Shown one piece after another: positions 34,620-48,400 of a stretch of 64,000 nucleotides of DNA. A model generated the notes under the pieces. It was given only the letters and a program-made list of their open reading frames with translations. It was not told the DNA's origin and did no database searches. Within the stretch, counting starts at the first letter, position 1. Each line of letters begins with the position of its first letter. A program made the translations under genes and the position numbers. This DNA comes from Vicugna vicugna (lineage: Eukaryota), in assembly GCA_013265495.1 (NCBI GenBank), contig MU060195.1, positions 1-64,000 on the forward strand, given 5' to 3'.

Positions 34620-34960
34620 GCTAGGAGTTGTCTTTGATTCTCTCCCTTACCTTCACACTGACTCCATCAGCAAATCTTACTGGCTTTGTTCCAAAACACA
34701 CCTCAAACCCAGTCACACATGCACTGCGACCATGGCCATGCTGGGACCGGACCCCATGACCCCAAACCTGACTCCACCATTGCCTCCCAAGAAGTCCTTT
34801 TGCAACCACACTTGTCTGCCTCCTTCCCCTGACTGACCATTTGCAGTGCAGGGCAGATCAAATGGCCCTCCTGTAAAGCCTTCCAGAACAACCCCTCCGC
34901 ACACCTCCGATGGAGTCCACGCTCGTGCCCTGAGGGTCTGCGGATGCAGCGCCGTGCGCC
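34620..34960 (+). mobile_element. L2 3' region
   Basis: GGAGTTGTCTTTGATTCTCTCCC...TCCATCAGCAAATCTTACTGGCTTTGTTCCAAAACACACCTCAAACCCAG is the typical L2 motif. Confidence 0.65.
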
Positions 34961-35419
34961 CCGAGCCCAGCTGTGACACTCTGAGTCAGGGTCCCTCATC
35001 TTCACACGAACGGGGATGGGGCCAGTGCCCACTGCACAGGCTGCGAGGAAGATGACAGAAGTTCCTGGGGGCAAAACGCTTCGCCTGGTGTCAAACACAC
35101 ACCCCAGCGAGTGTCTGCATGGCGCCCCCTCCCTCTCCTCTCCCCGCCCTGTCAACCCCCGCCATCACCTGCTCTCTGCACACACTTCCGCTGCCCATCT
35201 GCTCTCCCCCAAGTTCACTCTGGCCTTGGGACTTGCAGACTCATTGTCGCTCCCGCCGCGAACGGTCTTCTAGATCCAGGTGCCGATCCTCACGCTCCTG
35301 GCTTCTTTGTGTCTCAGTGGGCTTGAATGTGCCCACAGACCCCCTCCCCGACCACCCAGCCTGCAGTAGACCGCGCGGTGCGCAGCCTGCACGAGGCCAG
35401 GGGTTCCCTCCTCAGTCTG

Positions 35420-35670
35420 TAGAGGAGACGGTGTCACTCCCCGTCAAGCAATCCAGTTTTAATTCTCTGGGCAGCGCTTACCACAGTCTAATTTTATACA
35501 AAAAGGCGTGCTCATCAGGTTACTAACCTCATACAGAGGGGGAGAGGGAGGGAGAGCGAGGAAAGAGCCCAAACTCCACAGAAGCCAAGACTCTGCCTGT
35601 CCTGTCTTGTCCCCCGATGCACCTTCAAATTCTAGACTAGTGCCTGCTGTGTGCTGAGTGCTTGATAGAT
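35420..35670 (+). mobile_element. L2 3' terminus fragment
   Basis: GGCAGCGCTTACCACAGTCT...CTGCCTGTCCTGTCTTG...CTAGACTAGTGCCTGCTGTGTGCTGAGTGCTTGATAGATCTT. Confidence 0.45.
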
Positions 35671-38319
35671 CTTTATGTTCTTCTGGCAGCACGTTTTATT
35701 TAAGGATACCCTTAAAGACTAATGTCAGTGAAGACTCTGCCATTGAATCTGGTGTCTTTGGAAAGCTAACAGCAACGACAGGGCTAACGACTGTACACGT
35801 GCTGAAGGTGTTTCCTCGTGGTGCCCGGTGAAGGTGAACGCGCCACACAGCGTCAGTGCTGCACACGCGTCATCTTTCTGCTTAGGTGCTTTGTAGAAAA
35901 ATTTGATTTAATCCATGAGCTGTATAAAACCTCTCTCTAAACATAGTGTCAACAGACAAATCGATAAACATGTAGCGTACTACATTCGGGTGTCATTTCA
36001 TACCTACTTCTCTCTCGGCAGTTCAGGGTCTGCACCGCAGTCCCCGGGAGGGCTGACAAGCCGGGGGAATTTGTGAGCCTGGATTCAGTTGCCAATTGTT
36101 TTCTCTCCTTGCAGATCTGAATCAGCTGAGGTGTGAAGTCACCCTCATACTTTGGCACATTACTGAGGTGCTTGGTTGGACGATTTCTAAAAAAAAAATA
36201 AGCAGGGAATTAAACTCTGGGACAGCTTGCAGTGCAGCTGGAAACAGCGGTCTCTGATGAGCAAGCTGGCCAAACACCGAAATTCAGCCAGGCTCTGAAG
36301 AGCGGCCCTGCTCCAGCGGTCCACGGCACTGCCCCTCTGATGTCCTCTCTGAGGTCAGGAGCCGGGACACACTCGAGTCATGTGAATACTGCCTGTCAAG
36401 ACTGACAAGGAGCTAAGTTTAAAACCACATGCCTACTTGGAAAGGAAATTAAGAGACAGCCTGAAGTGCGTTACAGGAGGTTATTATTTATTTGTAAGTG
36501 AAAGTCCAGCCATTTCAGTCTCAGAATTGTCTTGAGCAATAAGCAGTGATGCTCTGAAGGTACCTGGCACACAGTAAGTGAAGTTTGTGTGTTAATACAA
36601 GACCAAGAACTACACTGCAAGCATCTCAAAGGGTGCATAGAAATCAAGATTTAATGAGCTGCTAACCAAAAACAGCTTTGTCTATGAACGCTTTATAGAT
36701 TTTTACAGAGACGTTAATGCTTTGTAAATCTCAAGATGGGCCCATACCTTCTGTAAAAGAGAAATTTCCCTACTTTCTATGAGATGAACATCTTTCTCCA
36801 ACAAGAGACCCTTAGAAAACTTCTCGGGTCTTGATAACTACTTTCAGAAACAGCCAACCAAAAGGTGCAGATTGCAAGGAAATTGGGCCACACGCACTCA
36901 CATCCCGGGCACCAAAGTAGTGAACACAGAACAAACAAAATGCAACCGACATGAGATTTTTAAAAATATACCAGAAACAAGGAGGGCCCTTTTCACCTTT
37001 CAGTTACACACATGACAAGGGTGCTAGCATTTCAGAGTTTCATCAGAGTTAGGAAGGCCTTCTTGGTAAGCCCTTTTTAATTTTTTTTAAAACACTTCCA
37101 CATGTAAAAATCAGTCTGAAAGCAAGAGTTGAGGACAGTGTGGAACATTCCTTGAATCCATAATACTTTTAAGTTATGAATTTTGACAAGTTTAAATATA
37201 AGCAAACACCTAAAAATGTATTGAATAATTTAGTTCCAGTTATTTTTGCAGAACATCATTTGGATGATTATGTTTGAAGCTTATTAAAAACAAACCAATG
37301 GCACTTTTACTGTCTATACGAATGCACAGTCTTCTTCTGAAACCAAAATTTCACAGTAATGCTTTGTCACAGACTTCGTTTCAGAGCTGAAGATGGGTGC
37401 TGGCCAGGAGGGCTGGCCCAGGAGAGTGAAGATGCTGCTGAGGGGCAGGGGGACAGGTGTCTCCTGTGGACGAGAAGCACCTGCAGAGGTCTCAGATGTG
37501 CTGGTCCTGGTTCTCAGGAGCCGTTTCTTCCTCTTTCGAAATTAAGAATTCCTATGACCTGGTTAAGCAAATACCCCGTGGAAGGATAGTTTATATTTCA
37601 TGAGGAAACGCAGGGGAAAATAATACGCACCTTGTCTTTCTATGACTAATGCAAAAATCTAATCACCGACTCCATTCCGCAGCCCACGCTGGGCTGAAAC
37701 AGCTCGAGCCTGTCTGCCGGGCAGAAAGGCTTACTGTCCCTCCTGAGAAGCGATTAACTGCGAGGCAGACCCAGGTGAAGTGCAGTTCTGTCTTCTGTCC
37801 TCAGTGCAGCCATTTTTCTCCTCTAATCGTGCCCTTCCGCTCAAGCAGGATGAAACCTGGATCTTTGCCTTGAGCACAGGCCGCTTCCCAGGCTCGAATT
37901 CTGGGACCCCGTCCTACTGCAGGGGTGAGCTCCCCCACAGCGGCCCTGAGAGCCATCAGCCCCACCGTCCAAGAGCAGGAGAGGGCGGCGGGAGTTTACC
38001 CCACTCCCCAGGCTCTGGGTTGCTCCCTGAGCCGCCTCCTTTACTTACTCAACACACCCTCCTGGACTAGTCAACACTGAAAGTTAACGTGGCTCCGACA
38101 GCCCAGAGGCACCCAACCAGCTGGACTCAGAGTGTGGCACGCGCTCCCCCAGCCGGCACGGCCCCAGCTGCCGCTCCCGGGCACCCGGAAGGAGCAGCTG
38201 AGAGCGGCAGGCTCCAGCCAGTTGACCGGAAGGAATCCTCTTCTGCCAAGATGCCTTTCTCTTCTGAAATGGTAGTTGGGTTCTAAGAAGTAGAAACGTG
38301 CATTTACTGAACAGGATTA

Positions 38320-40620
38320 TAAAAGTAAACCTGTTGGTTTTCAACAGGTGGTTCTGCAACAATTGTGCAAAAAACAAAAAACAAAAAAAACAAAAAAAAC
38401 CTAGACATAGATCTTATGCCTTTCACAAAAATTAACTCCAGATGGATCACAGAGGTGGAAGACAATGCAGAACAGCAAAGCTTCGGGAAGAGAACATAGG
38501 AGAAAACGCAGGTGCCCGTGTGCTTGGTCACACACTGGGAGGAAAGAGTCGTGAAGCATGCATCTGACAAAGGGCTCGTGTCCAAAATATACAAAGAATC
38601 CACACAAAACCCTGCACATGATTGTTACAGCAGCTTTCTTCCCAGTCACCAAAACCGGGAGTAACCAGGGTGTTCTTCAGCGGGTGAATGGATCAGCTAA
38701 CTCTGCGCCTCCGTGTAAGGGGCATGGCTCAGCTGTAGAGATAACTGAGGTCGCAAGTCATGAAAACACAGGGAGGAGTCTTAAATTCGTATGCTGAACA
38801 AAAGAAGCCAGTCTGGAAAAGGAGCATGCCATGTTATTTCAATTCAGCTGCATTTCAAAAAAGGCAAAACTACAGCAACAGTTAGAAGGCCAGCAGGTGC
38901 CGTGAGTGTGGAGGAAGAGGTGAAGCTCTGAGAAGGTGCCCGCCGGGAACACTCCAGGCCAGAACGGTTCTGTGTGATAATGTAATTCTAGAACGTGGTG
39001 CTTATCAAAGCCCACAGATGTTTACAGCACTAAGTGTGACCTTAATGCATCTAATTTTTAAAAATTGCTCAGGAGTTTGGTGGATACCAGGATAGAATAT
39101 GAAAGGGGGGAGGAATGAAACACTATTACAAATGAATGAAACTACTTCAGTGAGGGGGCTGGGGGCAGAGGCACCGACCCCAGTGACTCTGGAAGCACGC
39201 GGGCTGGGTGAGACGGGAGGCCGAGGGAGCGGCCCCTCAGCCCTGGGCTCTCACGGGGGTTTCCCACCGGGCCTGGCTCACAGCTGACACCGCCACGCGT
39301 GTGCACTGGCGCTGAACGGTGAATCAGTGAGCGGTGGTGGTGGGAGCCAGCGCCCCCACAGGGGCGGAGTCTACAGGTAAGCTGAGGGAGGAGGTTGTAA
39401 CGATCCCCGTGGCAACAGCCCCGAGTCAGAGACATAGGAGTGAAGTCATATTTACCTGAATGTGGACACACGTGGCCCTATACACGGATATTCATAAGTA
39501 CATGGGCACCAGCAATTAGTACACAGACATGCTTCCTTCCTCTGCCACCTCGGGGCCCTGGAGTGACAGTGCACAGTGCAGTGAGCACACCTGGTACCCA
39601 GCCTGCTTCCGAGTACCATTTTCCAATAAAAGGAACCAGTGATACTTGCAGAAGTTTCTGGTTCTAGGACCGAGGCAGGAAACATAAGATGAGTCGAGTA
39701 TCCTGAACTGCCATAAAGTAAGGGGCGTCCAGAGTAAACTGAGGGCCAGGGAACATCAAAGACGCAGGAAGCCAGCCTGCAGAGCTCCAGCGGCCACAGC
39801 TCTGCAATCTGAGCGGAAGTTGTTCACACTGTTCCTGCTCTTGGATTATAACTCAAAGTGTAAAATGAATATCTGAGTCCATTTTGATAGAAATACATGA
39901 TTTAATAAATAAATGAGATAGAAGAAACACACCTCCCAGGCAGAATTCCAAGTAATTTACACGGACACCCTGCTCCGGAGGAGGCAGTGCGTCACATCCT
40001 GCTACTGAAGGCGTGTCGTGACTTCCGCCAAAGGGGGGAAGGAAAAGAAGAGGAACTCTGCGGTGGACGAACACGACAGACGTGACCTCAGCCAGGTGAT
40101 GGAGGTCAACATGACCATGATTAGTCATGTTGACAGTATGCGCCCAGGATGGGAGGTGATGAAATGGCACCTTACCCCTGTGACCGTCCTCCCAAAAGCT
40201 GTAACCCTGGGCTAATCATGAGAAAAACTAACAGACAAACCCCATTTGAGAAGCAGCCTCCAAAATACCTGACCTGTGCTCCTCAAAACTGTCAAGATCA
40301 TCTCAACAGGGAAAGTGAGAAACTGTCACAGCCAAGGGGAGCCTAAGGAGACGTGACAACCAGGCATGACGCGGCGTCCTGGATGGGATTCTGGGACAGA
40401 AAAAGAACATTAGATGAAAACTGAGAAAATCTGAATGAGATGGTCTTTAGATAACACTAATATGTCGGTGTTGATTGGTTCATTGTAATAAATGCACCAA
40501 ACTTAGGTAGGACATCATTACTAGAGGAAACTGGGTTCCAGGTGCCTGGGAGCCCTCTGTGCTAGCCTCACAGTTTTCCTGCAAATCTGAAACTGCTCTA
40601 AAAACAAGTCATTAAAAAAT
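38320..40620 (+). mobile_element. L1MC1/2-like element (deleted ORF2 end plus long 3' UTR)
   Basis: CCTTTCACAAAAATTAACTCCAGATGGATCACAGA...TCTGACAAAGGGCTCGTGTCCAAAATATACAAAGAA; 3' UTR landmarks CCTCAGCCAGGTGATGGAGGTCAACAT, CTCCTCAAAACTGTCAAG, GAGAAACTGTCACAGCCAAG; ends AAATCTGAAACTGCTCTAAAAACAAAG. Confidence 0.85.
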
Positions 40621-42588
40621 GCCTTGTCATCTACTTACATGTTACTCTAAATTTTATCCCAAGCGTTCCATTGTAGTAATAACGATTACTGTCCAAAATT
40701 CTATTTTGAAATATTATTTACTTTAAGGAGTCAAACATGCCAACTAATTAATTCATCGTTCTCCCAATTTCTTTTAGGATATCATTTTTAAAAAATCATT
40801 TCAAAAGAAAATCTGAAAATGCCACTTATCTGAGGGGTTACCTGCGTGGTATAAATGGAAGAGAATTTCTCAGACCAACCATATACAAAAGTGAATTTTT
40901 TTAGTGGTTCTCGCTGACTGTGTATTTCCCATGCTCTAATGCTATCTAGTATTGTTTCACAAATTTAAATGCCAAAATAACATAAAATAGAATAAACTAA
41001 AGTACCAGAAGCCTGAGCAAATACTTGAGTTTACTGAATCGGCGCTGCCGTCAGACAAGACCACGTCTGAAGCAGGCCAGCAGACAGTGGCCTGCCCCGC
41101 CTCACCCCGCCTCTGCAGAAGGCACTCCGAGCCCTCCGCACGCAGTCAGCCCTCACTCAAGGTCCTGCTTCAAGTCTGAACTCAATCCTTTCTGCTGCCG
41201 CTCGGTTTCACTGCTTCCTTTTACTTTTTTCACATAAAGGCACAAAACAGTTACTGGCCATTTCCTGTGTGGCAACCATGCATGTGTACATATGAAGATT
41301 GTCATTAAATAACCATTCTCTTAGGAGTAAATGAGTCTAGTCTCTTTAATCTTTTCAGTTCAAGGCGAATCCCTTTGTCTTCTTGTGGGTGGTTATTATC
41401 TGCACATTCTTCTCATTCGCTGTAGTCTTGTCTTCAGTCCAGCACCAAAGATTTACACTTGAGAGGGAAGACAATGTATCTGGAAACCCCTGTGTGATCT
41501 TGAAGGAAAAATGGTCTGCGAAAAGAATAAGGTTACCTAACTTTATCACTGAGGAGGAATTTTACAGAAAGCATTTCCAATTAGGATTTTAACCTCCCTT
41601 TTGCGCATTTGGATACAACAGAGAATGCAAAATCTGGTCGAATATAACTTTTCAAAGAGCATGTCCTCCATGCGACTGAAGATACAGGCTATTTACTGGG
41701 ACCCTAGTTCAACGGGTTGGTCGGCCAGTTTATTTCTGTATAAAGAAGTCATGGAAAGGAATGCTTGATATCTCGCCATCTTGGCAGCTCCAGTTTCAGG
41801 CACTGAGGTTCCTCGGCGTCTGCAGCCACACAGCTTTCTGAGCCAGATTTACTGCTTTTGCCCAATGGGAGACATGTCTGCCCAACCCTGGGCTCTGCAG
41901 GGGTCTTCCTCTCAGGAAGGCTTGGTCACTGGGCCTCCGGGAGGAGGATTAACTCACTGCTTTCCTCCCTGGTCACACACTCTTAGCACAGGCCTGGCAT
42001 CCCCTATGGACTCGGAATAAACGCAAGTGCTTTTTGAAAAAGGAATTTGCAGGTTACAAATTCGAGGCCTTGGTACCATGGTAGAAAGAATTGTTTTTTC
42101 ATTCCAATTTGTAAATGAGGATTTTTTTCTGACATTTACTCTGCTTGTAATTTGGAATTTATTTTAACCGCCTGCAGGCCTTGTGTCCTGGGAGGGTCAC
42201 CGGAAGTGAAGCTGAGCTTCCCAGGGTCGGCTTTGCATGGGGTCACACTTCGCCAGCTTACAAAACCACATTTTAACCTGGTGGTCAAGGCAGTCACTGC
42301 TCTGGCCTTTGCCCATCCCTTCCCCTCCCCCACACAAGGCCCGCTGACCCCACACTCCTACCTGAGAGCTCCCCACCCCCGCCAGAGGCCCTGCCTTCCC
42401 TCCTCTGCCCCCAGCTCCTCCCCTCCCTTCCTCTCAGCCCTGGAGCAGAGCCTTGGCCTCTCTCAGCCATAGAGCCTTAGCACCTCACCTTGCAGCTGAA
42501 CACGCCCCCACCTGGTCCACCGCCTACTGATTCACTGACTGACACACCAGAGCCAGTGCGACCAGTGCTGTGACGTGTGTGTGGCTGT

Positions 42589-43081
42589 TGTGAATGATAG
42601 GTATTGCAGCCACATCAGTGCATAAAGGACACTGCAGCCATCAGGTCATCGCCGCTACTGCCACCCCGGACGGTGAGCGGAGGGAACTCGGGGCACAGAC
42701 CAGCAGGAGCCCCAGCCTCTGCTGCCACCCCCAGCCATGACCCCTGAGGGGACTCAGGATGTGGAAGAACAGGACACTGGCCCTAGAGAGCTCGGTGTGC
42801 CTCAAAGGAATGATCTCAGTGGGCCCAGACTTGCCCAGCCATAGAAGAGAGCTAAATTCCTTAACTTGAGATGTCTGGTTTTCTTCCATTAACAGTAATC
42901 TTTTGATGTTCTGACTACCTAGTCTTTGTTGCAAAAACTTCTATATATCCTGACTCCGCCCTTGCCTGGGTGGACAGTCTCTTCGTGGGATTTGAGAGGC
43001 TGCCTCCGGGGGCTTGAGTACTCAGAAAGTCTACTGAATAAAGTCGCAACTTTTAGGTTGTGCATTTTATTTCAGTTGACA
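42589..43081 (+). mobile_element. ERV1-class solo LTR (493 bp) with 4-bp TSD
   Basis: TG...CA ends (TGTGAATG...GTTGACA) flanked by CTGT at 42585-42588 and 43082-43085; TATATA at 42942-42947, a CCGCCC GC box just after, AATAAA at 43037-43042. Confidence 0.8.
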
Positions 43082-44639
43082 CTGTGAACAACAGAGAAGC
43101 AAGCACGGGACACGTGGACGTAACACCAAGGGCCCAGGAGCGTGCCTGACCCAACCCGCGAATTAGGGATGTCACCAGCCTCCTCCTGGGCTTGGTTAAA
43201 ATGCCTGAAGACACGACCCACGTCACAAGGACCCTGCGGGTCCTCTGAACATGGCGTCTCCGAGGATGATAATTACCATCTTCAGTTCTCAAAGACTGCA
43301 GTCGGGGAGAAGCCAAGGAATCGTGCTGGGCCTGGGGAGGAAGTGCTTCAGAACAGCAGTCCCTGGCCTCTGCTTTCCAGCATTTACCTGTAAAGCAGGT
43401 GAAGCTGAGGTCATGTCTTCAGATCTACAAAATGCTCTTGCTAACTCGTCAGAGGTAATGGAGATAAATTTGACATTTGTCACAAGAGACATCTGGACAC
43501 CTAAACTTGTCATAAAGCCTCACCACAAACTTCCTCTTTCGAGAATGTTCCTTTTCAAGAATGGTTGCCTTTTTTAAGAAAATCGAATCTCCCTCAAATC
43601 CTTCTGCACTTGGACCTACTCAGACCAGGATGGGCGAGCCCACACCTCGGGTGAAGCAGCAAGCCTGCCAGGAGGGTGCTTGTTAGACGATGCTCAGACT
43701 TTGTTAAAGGTATATTCAGGGTTCATCTTTGGATTTTCAGTATATCTGAATCCTCCTGATGGAAGGGACAGATCACCAGCCATGGCTTATTGACAACATT
43801 CTCCATAAGGTGGCCCATGAAGGGAGTTATTGAAAGAAGAACAAACAGCTGTGGCGCCAGCAGCCCAGACCTCTGCTTTGGGGCTGGATTGCAGCTTCAA
43901 TCTCACGCCTCGAGAAGCTTGGTCAGTAGAAAGGAACCCAGTGCGGCAGCTTGGTCACATCCCCACTCTCAGGAGCTGTGTGTGGGACTGTGGCGCGCGT
44001 GGCAGGAGCCCTGCTTTAGAAATGCAGGCCACTTCTGTGCCGAGGACCAAAGTGGTAACAGGGAGCACTGCCCGAATCAGACTTAACGTCTTTTGACAAA
44101 GAGACTGCACTTTTCAAACTGTGCGAAGGCATCCTCTTAAGGGCATCTAAACCACCTGCCTTCTGCTGCTCTGCTGCCTGTCGCAGAGGGTCCTCTGACT
44201 CAAGAAAGAAACATTTCCATTTTATAAATAGAAAGGGCATAACAAATATATTTTGCCTAAAGAAAAATATTAATGAGATAAATAACCCGAATTTTGGTAA
44301 AGTGTCAGCCCAGATTTGTTCATCACTGTCAGTATGAGTCAGTCACGCAGGAATGTGAAGTTAGGAACAGCTTGAGGCTGTTGCTAAATTGGGGTCATAA
44401 AGGATGTCTTCCCACTCAGGGTCTATATTTCCAAGTAAAGAAGCAGGATGAATTCCTCTACGCTGTAGAAAAGAAAGCCTGAACGTTACCTGGAGGAAGC
44501 TCCCCGTTTGTGCTTTGCTTTAGCTGCACCCACCGCCCCTCCCTCCCTGGCCTCCGCTACCTCCGGAAGTAACTACCCTGCTCCACAGACAGAAAGCCCC
44601 GTGGTGACCTCACCCTGAGCCCAGTCGCTCCATCTGGAG

Positions 44640-44800
44640 TCCTGGATCTCCCAGGTGACTCTGAGACAGAGAGCGAGTCGCTGAACTTCCCTGTGCCTCA
44701 GCTATCGTTGCCTGTAAAATGGAGACAGTGCTAACGAACTCAGCACCTTTGTAAGAAACAGTGAGGTATAAAGTGCTCAAGGGAACACCCAGCACGGGGG
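44640..44800 (+). mobile_element. MIR fragment
   Basis: CTGAACTTCCCTGTGCCTCAGCTATCGTTGCCTGTAAAATGGAGACAGT...TAAAGTGCTCAAGGGAACACCCAGCAC. Confidence 0.6.
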
Positions 44801-45239
44801 TCCGTAAAGATGAGCGATGCTAACAGAAACGCCCCAAGCATTTGCTCTAAGCCCCATCTACAGAACACAGCGCTCACACCCTGGGTTTCAGGTCTGACCG
44901 CCTCAGACATCGTGAGGGACCATGTGGAGAGTGTTTTTAAAGCCATCCAGCCTGGTGCCTAAAATCACGTTTTTTGTGAAACAAACCACCTCGCATTTGC
45001 TCCTGGCAGTGAAAAGTCTTCATGGTAAGATTTTTCACAAATCTACAGAACCTGCCACGTGTTTATGAAATACATGATTTATAATATATTTATTAACCTT
45101 TGTATCTAAAATATTTTAATAATATTTTTGTTTTACTATTTGGGAACATAGTCTCTTGATCAGTATATTCAACGAAAGTATCTGTTTTTGCTTGAACTTT
45201 TTCAATTTTTAACTCTATTTTCAGTATCTTTAAAAGATC

Positions 45240-45454
45240 TTTTATTATTGAAGAGTAGTCATTTCACAATGTGTCAATTTCTGTTGTACAGCATAATGTT
45301 TCAGTGATACATAAACATATGTATATTCCTTTTCACAGTCTTTTTCGTTATAGGTTACTGCAAGATCCTGAATATAGTTCCCTGTGTTACACAGTCGGAC
45401 CTTGCTGTTTATCTATTTTATACACAGTAATTAGTATCTGCAGATTCCAAACTC
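45240..45454 (-). mobile_element. Camelid-type L1 3' tail (AT-rich)
   Basis: TTTATTATTGAAGAGTAGTC...GTGTCAATTTCTGTTGTACAGCATAATG...GAATATAGTTCCCTGTGTTACACAGT...CAGATTCCAAACTC. Confidence 0.85.
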
Positions 45455-48400
45455 AGTACCAGTACATTCAGCATATACATCTCTTAACAGTTACTAACAC
45501 AACCTGATTTCTTGCTCACATGACCCATTTAAGGAAGCAATGGGATGGATGCGTGAGCACATGTATTCCCTGGTGATAAGGGGCGGTTTGGACCAGGAAA
45601 GATTTCTGCCATGGTGCTCTGGGGATCTTTTCCCAGAAGGCATCAAAACTGTGTAGAAGAAATCCCACACATCTCAGGAAATAGAATAATCCTTACTTGC
45701 ACTATAAATAATTTTATCTTTGGGGGATAGGAGTTTACTTTTAATTTAGAGTGAATTAAACAGCATAATACAGGCTAGCCTGCCATTGAAGGAATAAGGT
45801 TCAGTGACAACTGTCAGTTAGATTTGATTTTTAAAATTATCATCGTCTTAGTTTACACTGTAGTTATATGAGTAATTGTGTTAATTCTCACTGATTTACT
45901 CTAAAGTTTCAGTTAGGTCACTGAATAATATTTTACCAGTATTCAGACGACTAAATATTATTTTTAATTTGGTTTAAAACTTATGTGGGGGGGGGCAGGA
46001 TTTTCTTTTTCTTTTTTTCTTTCGGTTTTAACTCATTCTTCTCCTGAGTTCTCCCACATGTTTTCAAGCTCCGCTGATGAACAGCACTCTTCTAGGAACG
46101 TGGCGCTTTGCACACAGAGCAACCACAGTACCAGCATCCATTCCTTCAGAGGAAACAGGACAAACACGAAACACAAGGGTGAACACTCAGATGTTTGGTT
46201 GGTATTCGACAGGTGTTAACAATGACTTCAAATGAGAGCCTTTTAATTAGCAAAACTCATTTTGTTGAGGGGCAAGTTAGGCTTTTCATCAATTAAAAAA
46301 TCCTTCGTTTTGAATAATAATGAAAATTTAGCCCAGTACTTGACTGTCCCCAAAGAGATGACAACAGGAAAAAACCCACTAACCCCAGAAAAGAAGAAAC
46401 ATAAGCCAATGTTTACACCCCTTCCACAATTCTCCCAAGAAGAACTCTAGTGTATTTCTTGCAGGGAGGTTAAAACTTAGAACTCTAAATAGAGTAGCAA
46501 AAATAGACAGGAAATATGGAAACTAAGATCGACCTGCGATTAAAAGGAGTTTGTGAAAAAGAAAATGCACGTACTGAGAACTTCTTTAAATTTTATTTTC
46601 AAGGTTAAACTTGCCACAAGTTGTGGAATTGGTATCTGGTATTGATATATTGATATATTATTTCAGGTCATTTCCACATTTTTCTATAATACAACCGATC
46701 AAGAAATCAAGAAGGGAGAAATTCTCAGTTCTAAATGAGCTTTATATTTGCCAACATTAGCCACACTTAATCAAAATAACTTAAGAAACAAAGAAAGACT
46801 CCTGTTAGGGGTCAGCTGTCCTCGTCTGCCAGCTCGCGTGGAGAAAACAGGTCAGGGTTGTGGGCAGATGCCCCAGGTAAGAGCTGCTTAGTACAGGGTT
46901 TTGGTTTAGAAATAAACAAAAAGGAGAAATTACAGAGTTAAATTGCCATATATACTAAGCATGTAACGTTCTTCCTATGGATGATAGAATTAATTTCTAA
47001 AGTTGAGGTACTTCCTTCAGGTGTATTCCTTCCTATTCCTCACAATTTGGAGGCAGGTAGGACCTATTGGCTCTTTCACATAGAGGGTTAGGATGAACGG
47101 GACCCTGCGTTCTGGACTCACACACTGGTATTCACACACACTGACATTCACACACACTCCTGACCACACGGGTATTTTGTCATGTGCCTGGGGTTTTGAT
47201 TAGTATACTTTTAAAATAGTATACTGAAATTATATTATTTTTAGCTATCTCCAGTAAAAAGCCACCACGGAGTCAGTACTAAAAGGAGAGGAGACAGCTC
47301 AGCTGTGTTATCGCCCACTTGAGGCTAGAGCCCCAGAAAGGAAGGGAAGGGATGGGTCCAGGCTCTTCATCTCCTGGACACAGGTGAGTCTGAGCCTTGG
47401 GACCAGGCTCACCCTCCCAGGTCCTCCAGCTCTGAATCTGGACCCTTGACTCATCATCTGAGATCCTTCCAGCTCTCAACTGTCAGGATTATTTGAAACT
47501 AATCCTTATGGCTTCTGTAGTCAGGCCTAAAACCTAAAATTAAATGCCAAAGACAAGACCATCAAGAAACAAACTTTATTTAAATTCCCCTTTTGAGACT
47601 CTCGGGCTCTGACACCCCTAGGATATGCCCAGCCCATGGAGGCAAGCCAGTTTCTATGGCTGAGTAGACACTTTTACAAGGTAACCATTAATTCATCCAT
47701 AAAATATTTATTGAGATTCAGCCAAATATAAAACATGGTCGCAGATGCTAAGGAAGAGGAAGGTGTGAGCCGCAGTCCCTCCCAGGAGCTGTTGACAGCG
47801 CGCACAGGGATCTGAGACAAGCACGCCTCGGAAGAGGAAGCACAGCGTTGCACAATTAGGAGACACGACAAGTGGTGGTGGTACCGCGGCAGTCCCAGGC
47901 GTCCTGCTTCCCACCAGTTAATCATCCCATTGCACTATCTACAAATAACCATGCTGGACGTGCCCTTCAGGATGGTCACTTTTTTAAGAGACCAGGATGA
48001 AACCAATTAAATGGTCAGTGGCTGAGCAATTCACAGTCCAGGGCTCCTGGAGACCAGCCTGCCCGAGCACGCACTGCAACCCGTGAGGAGGATACCGAGT
48101 GCTCCAGCTCCGGCTGAAAAGGCACAGCTGTGCCTGTAGGAAGAGGAGGCACGAGGCCAGGTCAGGGATCAGAGCAGCACGTCACACACGAGCACCAGTC
48201 CAGTCTTCCCTCCAGTCGCGAAGGTCCCTTTCCACAGAGCCGCCTGCTTCCAAGCGGAACCGGTCCCAATTGCAAACATGTCCTAAATGACCTGCGCAGC
48301 CCGACCTGATTAGACGAACAGGTAAGTTCTGTGGAAATGGAGGAGGAATATGTTTGCTAACGTTCTCGTTTTCACTGTGTGTGGCCGCTAGCTCACGGAG

